Below are positions 46,683 through 53,846 of a stretch of DNA of 64,000 bases, one piece after another. Position numbers and translations under genes: made by a program. The stretch lies in assembly GCA_964448605.1 (NCBI GenBank), contig CAYUZV010000001.1, positions 8,693 to 72,692 of the forward strand, given 5' to 3'. The notes under the pieces were generated by a model. It worked only from the letters and a program-made list of their open reading frames with translations, did not search any database and was not told where the DNA came from. Source of the DNA: Candidatus Woesearchaeota archaeon. Lineage in GTDB: Archaea > Nanobdellota > Nanobdellia > Pacearchaeales > GW2011-AR1. Within the stretch, counting starts at the first letter, position 1. Each line of letters starts with the position of its first letter.

Positions 46683-46838
46683 ATGGAAAAACAAATAATG
46701 GATTTTAGTGTGTTTATAGAACAAGATGGAGATGGAATTTATGTAGCAAAGGTCCCTGAAATTGAAGGTTGTTATACTCAAGGTAAAACTTTAGAAGAAG
46801 TTATGGAGAGAATAGTAAAGAAGAGTACGAAGAATTGA
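46683..46838 (+). pseudogene. hicB: HicB-family antitoxin fragment
   Basis: IEQD.DG.YVA.VPE..GC.TQG.TLEE; truncated at 51 aa. Confidence 0.75.
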
Positions 46839-46879
46839 GGGAAAGGTTTAAAACTACATTATTTTTATCATATTCGTAT

Positions 46880-46998
46880 GCCAACATCGCATCCAGAGAA
46901 TCTTTGATTCTCTGCCTCATTCAAATTCATAGAATTTGAATATAATGGTATTGCACCAGATTGCTAAGATGGTTGAACAAAATAGGGCAATTAGTAAA
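46880..46998 (+). repeat. tRNA-Ser 5'-half junction J3 with a ~50-nt double-hairpin insertion
   Basis: GCCAACATCGCAT, insertion, then a 26-nt exact match ATAATGGTATTGCACCAGATTGCTAA to the tRNA, then N20-CAATTAGTAA. Confidence 0.8.
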
Positions 46999-46999
46999 A

Positions 47000-47233
47000 A
47001 TGAAAAAACAAAATAAAAAACTGACTCATATTAATTTTTTGCTTTATTTTGGAATCCCTCTACTTTTATTAGGAATATTACTTTCAATAACTCATTTTTA
47101 TCTGGGTAGTTGGATTAATCTAATACCTTCATCTTCTGCACCTATTATTGCTTCGTTAGTTATGATTATTGGTGGTTTAATTTTAGTTATTGGATGGTTA
47201 AAACACTTTTTAAAAGGAACAAAATATATTTAA
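47000..47233 (+). CDS. Small 2-TM membrane protein
   Basis: ATG 47000 directly after J3; hydrophobic. Confidence 0.6.
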   Translation: MKKQNKKLTHINFLLYFGIPLLLLGILLSITHFYLGSWINLIPSSSAPIIASLVMIIGGLILVIGWLKHFLKGTKYI

Positions 47234-47280
47234 GATAAGAATAGTAAGCTTTAAATCTCCTTAATTTCTTTTATTTTTAT

Positions 47281-47350
47281 GCCCACTTCGTATAATGGTA
47301 TTGCACTTGGTTGCTAAGAAGGACTACAAAGTGTTACACTGGTTAGAAAT
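47281..47350 (+). repeat. tRNA-Ser 5'-half junction J4
   Basis: GCCCACTTCGTATAATGGTATTGCACTTGGTTGCTAA, then a non-tRNA arm. Confidence 0.8.
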
Positions 47351-47427
47351 TAGTTATAAAATAATAACGAAAAAATCATAATCACTAACACAAAACTTTA
47401 AATCATCAAAAGGACACAGAAATATAT

Positions 47428-47508
47428 GCCGCAGTCGCATAATGGTATTGCACCAGATTGCTAATCTGGACCCTTCGGGGTGCGTAGGTTCGATTCCTGC
47501 CTGCGGCG
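47428..47508 (+). tRNA. tRNA-Ser(GCT)
   Basis: Acceptor GCCGCAG/CTGCGGC, CCAGA-TTGCTAA-TCTGG, long variable arm, GGTTCGATTCC, discriminator G, no encoded CCA. Confidence 0.95.
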
Positions 47509-47567
47509 TTTTTATTTTAAATTCATTAACTTTAAATAATCTATATATTTTTGAATTTAATAAAAAG

Positions 47568-49088
47568 ATGAAACTTAATATTTTAATTGGTGGAAAAGCA
47601 GGACAAGGAATTAATAAGATATCAGAGATTATTTCAAATGTTTTTACTAAAAATGGATATTTTGTTTTTAATTATCGGGATTATCCTTCGTTGATTCGGG
47701 GAGGACATAATTTTAATGTTCTTACGATTTCTGATTCAGAGGTTTTTTCAAATGAGTCTAAATTTGATGCTGTGATTGCTATGGATGAGAATAGTGTTAA
47801 GGTTCACGAAGGTGAGTTGAAAAAGGAGGGTGTTGTTTTTAAGGGAGATGATTATAAGGATTTGGGAAGAGATTTGAATATTGCTCTTGCTTCTGCTTAT
47901 CTTAAGAGTATTGGTATTTCTAAGGAAGTTGTGGTTGAAGAAGTTAAATCTCATTTTGAACATGAGGGTGCTAGAAATGCTGTTGAGGAAGGTTATTCAT
48001 TTGAGGGAGATATTGATGATTGTGGTTTTTGTAAGAGGGATGGTGATATTGTGAAAATGACTGGAAGTGTGGGGATTTCTGAAGGTGCAATTAATTCAGG
48101 TATTGATGTTTATCTTGCTTATCCAATGACTCCTGCAACAGGAGTTTTGCATGATTTAGCGAGTAAGCAGGAGAAACATGGTTTTTTGGTTTTTCAACCT
48201 GAAAATGAGATTGCTGTTGCAAATGCTTCTTTGGGTTGCAGTTTTGCTGGTGCTAAAACAATGGTTGGGAGTTCAGGAGGAGGTTATGATTTGATGACAG
48301 AGGCATTGAGTATGCAGGGGATGGCTGAAATTCCTTTAGTTGTTTATCTTGCTTCAAGACCCGGACCTGGTACAGGTGTTCCAACTTATTCATTACAAGA
48401 TGATTTAGATGTTGCTTTAAGGGGAGGGCATGGAGAATTTCCAAGAGTAGTGATTGCTCCTGGAGACCCTGTTGAATGTATTGAAAATACTAATGAGGCA
48501 TTTTATTTATCTGAGAAATTTGGAGTTTTGAGTATTGTTTTAAGTGATAAACATCTGGCTGAAAGTGAATTTAGTTCTGATAGAGATTTAAAAAAATCTT
48601 TGAAGGTTGAGGTTAAAAGAAAAGTTCCAGGTGAGGGAATTGTTAAGTCAAGCAGTTATGAACACGATAAGAATTGGAACACTATTGAAGATGCTGAAAC
48701 TGCTAAGGAATTTGCTGATAAGAGGGTTGCTCGTTATGGTTTGATTAAGGATGAGTGTAAGAAGTTTGATATGATTAAAATTCATGGGAAAACGGATAGT
48801 AAGAATTTGGTGATTGGTTGGGGTTCTACTAAAGGAGCTATTTTAGATGCTATTCGGGGAGAGGATTTTAAATTTTTGCAGGTTTTATATTTGAAACCTT
48901 TGAGCGATGAGATAAGGAAAGAGATAGAGAGTGCTAATAAGATAATTTTGGTTGAACAAAATGTTACAGGGCAGTTGGGCAGGTTGATTAGAGAGAAAAC
49001 TGGAATTAAGATTGATAAAAGGATTTTGAGATATGATACTCGTCCTTTTAATAGTGATGAGTTAAAGGTGGAGTTATTGAAAATTTAA
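47568..49088 (+). CDS. korA: 2-oxoacid:ferredoxin oxidoreductase alpha subunit
   Basis: GG.AGQG, S.IRGGHN, AYPMTPA, ENEIA and RPGP.TG motifs; true start 47568. Confidence 0.9.
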   Translation: MKLNILIGGKAGQGINKISEIISNVFTKNGYFVFNYRDYPSLIRGGHNFNVLTISDSEVFSNESKFDAVIAMDENSVKVHEGELKKEGVVFKGDDYKDLGRDLNIALASAYLKSIGISKEVVVEEVKSHFEHEGARNAVEEGYSFEGDIDDCGFCKRDGDIVKMTGSVGISEGAINSGIDVYLAYPMTPATGVLHDLASKQEKHGFLVFQPENEIAVANASLGCSFAGAKTMVGSSGGGYDLMTEALSMQGMAEIPLVVYLASRPGPGTGVPTYSLQDDLDVALRGGHGEFPRVVIAPGDPVECIENTNEAFYLSEKFGVLSIVLSDKHLAESEFSSDRDLKKSLKVEVKRKVPGEGIVKSSSYEHDKNWNTIEDAETAKEFADKRVARYGLIKDECKKFDMIKIHGKTDSKNLVIGWGSTKGAILDAIRGEDFKFLQVLYLKPLSDEIRKEIESANKIILVEQNVTGQLGRLIREKTGIKIDKRILRYDTRPFNSDELKVELLKI

Positions 49089-49427
49089 CAGATGATTTTA
49101 AAAACCGAAGGTTTTGGAGTATTTTGGGAAGCTATACTATTCTGAAATTTTTATTTGATTGGTAACTTAAATCTATATTGTATTTAGCATTAGAGAATAC
49201 TTTTATTTCTAAAAATAAAAAATTTCATCGCTCATTTTATATCTATATAATTTGTAAAATACTTTTTTCATAAACTACAAGGGATTTTTAAAATTCCCAA
49301 TCTCATTTTGTTGTTTATGTTTATTAGTCAAATGTAATTGCTCACCCCTAACTGAATCGTCTCTTTTCTCAGAGCAAACTCCGGAGTATAAGATTCATTC
49401 GGAGCAATTAATAAAATAAAAATTTAA

Positions 49428-49631
49428 TTAGTTAAAACTATTTCTTTTCTTTTCAAAACATTCTTTACAATAAACTGGTCTGCCTTCTGTGGGTTTGAAT
49501 GGAACTTCGCATTCTTTTTTGCATTCATCACAAGTTGCTTTGTGCATTTCTCTTGGTCCAAAATTTCTATTAAAGCCACGATTGGAATTATCTCTTTGTC
49601 TATTGTTTCTTTGATTGTCAAAATTTTTCAT
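49428..49631 (-). CDS. CxxC-x17-CxxC zinc-binding protein
   Basis: CDEC…VPFKP..GRPVYCKECF; GGAGG SD. Confidence 0.9.
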   Translation of the reverse strand: MKNFDNQRNNRQRDNSNRGFNRNFGPREMHKATCDECKKECEVPFKPTEGRPVYCKECFEKKRNSFN

Positions 49632-49792
49632 ATTTTTTCCTCCTGATTATTTATTTGAATTATCGTAGAATTATAAATTCTAAGATTATTAAACAAAATT
49701 AAAGGCATTTTTAAATGTTTGTGATAGGAAGATTTATCCAATCAGTGATTAACCCGAACCTTTTTAAACCCCTTTTTTTTAGATATTTTAGA

Positions 49793-51595
49793 ATGGTAGA
49801 TAAAGAAAATAAAGATTCTGAATCAACTCTTGATGCACGACAATATCAGAGTCCTGATTTGAAAAATGTTCCTCAAAATATTAAGGGTCCGACTCTTGAA
49901 GAGCAAAAGGAAATGGACAGGGTTAGGGCTAAGCTTGAGGTTTTGAAGAAGTGGATTTGTTCAAAAATTAAGGGTGTTAATGCAATTGGAATTATTCCTC
50001 CACAGGCTGCTGAAAAGTTTGACGAGGAAAATGAGTTGAATGAAGAGGAGAAATCTAAGAAACCGATGCATCTTGTTGTTGTTCTTGAAAATGAAAAGGA
50101 GAAAGAATTTAATCAGATTAGAGGAGAGATAATTAAGAAGATTGCAGAAGAGAAGCAGAACATTTGGTTGAATTTGTTTATTGAGAAAGATATTTGGGAG
50201 ATTTGTCTTGACAGCAAGTATGATATTTCAGAAGCAATTGGAATGTCTTATCCTTTGTTTGACAAGGGAATTTTAGGTGCTTTGAGAGTTGCACAGATTC
50301 ATAAGTCATTAGTTTTAAAGAAATTTGAGAAATATGTTTATAGTTATGTTATTGGGGGGAGTATTGTGAGAGGTGAGGCAATCAAAACAAGTGATGTTGA
50401 TGCTTATATTATAATTGATGATACTGATGTTAAAAGAATGCCTCGTCTTGAGTTAAAGGAGAAGTTAAGGAATATTATTTATTCTTATATTATGCAGGCA
50501 GGTGAGTTGGCTGGTGTTAAAAATAAGTTGAGTGTGCAGGTTTATTTGTTGACTGAATTTTGGGAAGGTGTAAAAGATACTAATCCTATTTTTTATACTT
50601 TTTTGAGAGATGGTATTCCTCTTTATGATAGGGGAGGATTTTTGCCATGGAAGTTGTTATTAAGAATGGGAAAGATTAAACCAAGTCCAGAGGCAATTGA
50701 TATGTTTATGAATTCAGGTGATAAAACAAGAGATATGGTTAAAAGAAGGTCTATTGATATTATGATTGATATTTTTTATGGTGTTTCAATGCCGAGTCAG
50801 GGGCTTTTGATGTTGTATGGTGTTCCACCTACAAATGTTAAAGAGACTGTTGCTGAAATGAAAAGGATTTTTGTTGATAAGGAAAAATTATTGGAGAAAA
50901 AGTATATTGATATTTTAGAAGAGATTATGATAAAGTATTACAAAGGTTATGAGCATGGGAAGGTTAAAGAGTTGAGTGGTGCTGAAATTGATAAACTTTT
51001 GAAAAATTTTGATGAGTATCAAAAAAGATTGAAGCAGTTGAAAGAACAGATTGAGAAGAGAATGATGGAAAAGAATTTTAAGAAGATTTACGAGGATATT
51101 TTTAAGATTTTGAAAAATATGTTTGGTTCTAAGAGCGATAGTGCTTTGATTAATGAGTATGAAAGTGAGATTGTGAATAAGGCAAAAGGAAATCCAAAGT
51201 ATTTGCATACTCTGAATCAGTTAGTTGATATGAAGAAGAAATACAAGGACAAGAAGATTCCGAGTCGTTATGATTTTGAGAGATTGAAAAGAGATGCTAT
51301 TTATATGACTCAGGAGTTGATAGAGTATGCTCAAAGAAAGGATATGGGGCTTTTGCAAAAGACAAAGGTTGTTGTGACATTTAAAGGCGGACATAAGGAA
51401 TTGTTTTTGACTAAACCTGCCTTTTTAGTTGATGATAAAGAAGTTAAAAAGATTGAAGGTGGGGAGATTATGAATAGTGATATGAATGAGATGAATGAAG
51501 TTTTAAGTAAGTATAAAGGTAGTCGTGTGGTTTTAGATGGTGAAATTATGAATGCTTTAAAAAAAGAGTTTGGAGAGTTTGGAGTTAGTTTGTAA
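49793..51595 (+). CDS. Pol-beta-type nucleotidyltransferase with a HEPN-like helical domain
   Basis: GGS..RG…..SDVD motif. Confidence 0.7.
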   Translation: MVDKENKDSESTLDARQYQSPDLKNVPQNIKGPTLEEQKEMDRVRAKLEVLKKWICSKIKGVNAIGIIPPQAAEKFDEENELNEEEKSKKPMHLVVVLENEKEKEFNQIRGEIIKKIAEEKQNIWLNLFIEKDIWEICLDSKYDISEAIGMSYPLFDKGILGALRVAQIHKSLVLKKFEKYVYSYVIGGSIVRGEAIKTSDVDAYIIIDDTDVKRMPRLELKEKLRNIIYSYIMQAGELAGVKNKLSVQVYLLTEFWEGVKDTNPIFYTFLRDGIPLYDRGGFLPWKLLLRMGKIKPSPEAIDMFMNSGDKTRDMVKRRSIDIMIDIFYGVSMPSQGLLMLYGVPPTNVKETVAEMKRIFVDKEKLLEKKYIDILEEIMIKYYKGYEHGKVKELSGAEIDKLLKNFDEYQKRLKQLKEQIEKRMMEKNFKKIYEDIFKILKNMFGSKSDSALINEYESEIVNKAKGNPKYLHTLNQLVDMKKKYKDKKIPSRYDFERLKRDAIYMTQELIEYAQRKDMGLLQKTKVVVTFKGGHKELFLTKPAFLVDDKEVKKIEGGEIMNSDMNEMNEVLSKYKGSRVVLDGEIMNALKKEFGEFGVSL

Positions 51596-51626
51596 AACTT
51601 TATAATCTTGTTTAGATTGTTATTTT

Positions 51627-51893
51627 ATGCTGAAAAAATATATGAGTTTAGGTATTTTGGGGTTGAGTTTTTTTAGTGGTGATTGTCTTGATAAGGATTA
51701 TTCTCGGGTTGTTCCGAAGAGTAGGGGAGTTAGTGAGAATTATGTTATTTTGAGAGAGGGTTCTGTTTTGAGGGGTGTTGATGTTAGTGTTTCTCGTGGG
51801 GAGGGTATTTTTGAAATAGAAGGATGTTATATTAAAGGAGAGTATTCTTTTCTTTCTAATTCTGTTTATATTGAGGAGATTGAGAGAAGATGA
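51627..51893 (+). CDS. Hypothetical secreted protein
   Basis: N-terminal hydrophobic segment. Confidence 0.45.
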   Translation: MLKKYMSLGILGLSFFSGDCLDKDYSRVVPKSRGVSENYVILREGSVLRGVDVSVSRGEGIFEIEGCYIKGEYSFLSNSVYIEEIERR

Positions 51894-51937
51894 TTTTCGC
51901 AAAGCTTTAAAAACCTAATTTTTCTTTAATTTTCAAG

Positions 51938-52192
51938 ATGAAAGGCAAGGTTGTTCAGTTTAGAAGAGGAAAGAAAAGAATACATGAAAGGCACTTTTTG
52001 TTAGATGTAGGTGCGAAGAGTCGGGAAGAGGCTTCTCAATTAGTTGGGAAAGAAGTTTCGTGGAAAAGTTCTGGTGATAAAGTGATTAATGGAAAAATAA
52101 GTTCTGCTCATGGGAATAAAGGGCTTGTTAGGGCGATTTTTGAAAAAGGTTTGCCTGGGCAGGCGAGAAATGAGGAGGTGGAAGTGAAATGA
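51938..52192 (+). CDS. rpl35ae: Ribosomal protein eL33 (L35Ae)
   Basis: FRRG, GK.V.W, HG..G.VRA.F and LPGQA motifs. Confidence 0.9.
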   Translation: MKGKVVQFRRGKKRIHERHFLLDVGAKSREEASQLVGKEVSWKSSGDKVINGKISSAHGNKGLVRAIFEKGLPGQARNEEVEVK

Positions 52193-52371
52193 GTGTTGAA
52201 TATCCAAGTCAAAATAAAACATTGAGAAATAATTTAGAAAGGTTTTATGTTATAGGTGAAATGAGAGATGATATATTTGGAAAAGAAGATTCAGAAGCTG
52301 TGAGTATTGTGTTTGAATCAATGAGGAAAGGAAGTTATTTTACTTATGAAGATTATGTAAATGTAAATTAA
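52189..52371 (+). CDS. Hypothetical protein
   Basis: ATGA overlap with eL33. Confidence 0.4.
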   Translation: MSVEYPSQNKTLRNNLERFYVIGEMRDDIFGKEDSEAVSIVFESMRKGSYFTYEDYVNVN

Positions 52372-52395
52372 TAATTAAATTTAGGAAAAGATAAA

Positions 52396-52938
52396 ATGGC
52401 AAGCAAACGAAAAGCATCGGCATATTCAAAGAGAAAACCTATTAGTAATACTCGTAGAAGTAAAAAACAACAAAAGAGTTATATTAAGACGATTCCACCT
52501 CAAAAGATTGTTAAATTCAATATGGGGAATTACAAGGATTTTGAGGCTGGGAAATACAAGATAAAAGTTACGATTTTTGCTGAAGAGAATATTCAGATTC
52601 GGGATTTTGCACTTGAGGCTGTTCGTCAGTCATTAAATAAAGATTTCACTAAATTATTGCCTAAAAACTTTTTTTTAAGATGCAATGTTTATCCTCATAA
52701 TATTTTGAGGAACAATAAGATTTTTTCAGGAGGTAGCAAGGGTGAAAGAATTCAGACAGGAATGAGAAATAGTTTTGGAAGTCCTGAAGGCAGGGCTGCG
52801 GTGATTAAAAAAGGAAATCCTATCTTCACTGCTTATTTTAATGGTGAGGAACATTTGCCTAAGGTTCGATTAGCTTTTAAGAAAGTTACTCCTAAACTTG
52901 CTTGTAAGACTAAGGTAATTGTTGAGAAGATGAAGTAA
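52396..52938 (+). CDS. rpl10e: Ribosomal protein uL16 (L10e)
   Basis: QIR..ALEA.R, YPH..LR.NK and GMR..FG.P.GRAA motifs. Confidence 0.9.
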   Translation: MASKRKASAYSKRKPISNTRRSKKQQKSYIKTIPPQKIVKFNMGNYKDFEAGKYKIKVTIFAEENIQIRDFALEAVRQSLNKDFTKLLPKNFFLRCNVYPHNILRNNKIFSGGSKGERIQTGMRNSFGSPEGRAAVIKKGNPIFTAYFNGEEHLPKVRLAFKKVTPKLACKTKVIVEKMK

Positions 52939-52940
52939 AA

Positions 52941-53201
52941 ATGGAAAATATACCTCATGAAAAAAGTTATCGATTGAGAGTTCTTGAAAAAAGATTAGAT
53001 GAAGCAAATTCTGAATTAGAATGGGCTGAAAGATGGGCTTATGATAGCAGTGTTAGATTAGATATAAGATTGGGTGTTAGATTTTTGCTTCTTCCTCTTT
53101 GTAAGGCGAGTAGTTGTCTTAGTTCATTTTTACATAAATTTGAAAGTTATATTGATAGGTGTGAGGGCGAAGAGTATTTGAAGGATGTTTTAAGGGATTA
53201 G
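52941..53201 (+). CDS. Hypothetical protein
   Basis: ORF 2 nt after uL16. Confidence 0.45.
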   Translation: MENIPHEKSYRLRVLEKRLDEANSELEWAERWAYDSSVRLDIRLGVRFLLLPLCKASSCLSSFLHKFESYIDRCEGEEYLKDVLRD

Positions 53202-53207
53202 ATTCCA

Positions 53208-53549
53208 TTATTCAAACTCTCCGAGACCTATTTTGATTAGTATTCTTTTGATTTCATTGATTGTTTGTTGTTGGCGTTTCTTATCTGACATTCTTATAAA
53301 TCTTATAAGAAGTTCTGTTAATTTTGAATTATCCATTATCTTTAATTTGTGCCCATCTGTAATGAAATAGAATCTGAAATTTTTGTATTTTATTTCTTTA
53401 ATTACAATTCCTCCAACATTTCCTAATAGTTTTCCTTTTTTTGGATTGTCTTTTAAAGAATACATTTGTTTGAATATTAATTTAGATTTTTGTTTGAATT
53501 TTTTATAAATCTCTTGTTTTAAAGTTTCTGCTATTTTTACTTCTGCCAT
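53208..53549 (-). CDS. RelE/ParE-like toxin
   Basis: L..NP.KGK.L and KE.K…FRFYF motifs. Confidence 0.55.
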   Translation of the reverse strand: MAEVKIAETLKQEIYKKFKQKSKLIFKQMYSLKDNPKKGKLLGNVGGIVIKEIKYKNFRFYFITDGHKLKIMDNSKLTELLIRFIRMSDKKRQQQTINEIKRILIKIGLGEFE

Positions 53550-53743
53550 TTTTGCTCTGCCTCTTTTATGGCTTCTTCAATTGGAACGAATCCTTCATCA
53601 GACATTAGAAATTCTTTTAATTGTTCTTTTAAGGCCAAGGAGTAAATTCTCTTTATGATGTCTTCGTAGCTTTCTCCCTTAAGTCCGAATGAACTTATTT
53701 TATCTTTTGTTTCTTTGCTTAATTGAATTGTTGTTATTTCCAT
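53537..53743 (-). CDS. Small RHH-like antitoxin
   Basis: TTIQLS.ETK..…GESYEDII.R; overlaps the toxin start. Confidence 0.65.
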   Translation of the reverse strand: MEITTIQLSKETKDKISSFGLKGESYEDIIKRIYSLALKEQLKEFLMSDEGFVPIEEAIKEAEQKWQK

Positions 53744-53744
53744 T

Positions 53745-53768
53745 CTATAGATTCTATAGTTGCTATGG
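53745..53768. promoter_or_regulatory. Tandem CTATAG palindromes between the TATA box and antitoxin start (putative operator)
   Basis: CTATAGATTCTATAGTTGCTATGG. Confidence 0.4.
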
Positions 53769-53846
53769 TTTATAAATTTTTTCTTTGATGATTTTAATAT
53801 TTTCAAACCCCATAAACTTTAAATATTGTTATCTGTTTTTGTTTAA

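Larger units (their letters stand above)
44949..47457. mobile_element. Putative tRNA-Ser-anchored cassette array/integrated islet
   Basis: Repeated tRNA 5'-half junctions separating small cargo genes; no integrase in the window. Confidence 0.55.

Noticed and set aside
46961-46999. TTG-start extension of the membrane ORF
   Set aside because: It is the J3 anticodon loop and arm; ATG 47000 is more plausible.
47281-47360. Second complete tRNA-Ser or intron-containing tRNA
   Set aside because: No complementary anticodon-stem or acceptor 3' strand and no T-loop; its stems do not pair with the downstream 3' half.
44900-47500. CRISPR array interpretation of the repeated motif
   Set aside because: The repeats are tRNA-derived, spacing is irregular (140-1650 bp) and there are no cas genes.
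47442-47567. N-terminal extension of korA in the ORF track
   Set aside because: It overlaps the tRNA-Ser gene; the real start is ATG 47568.
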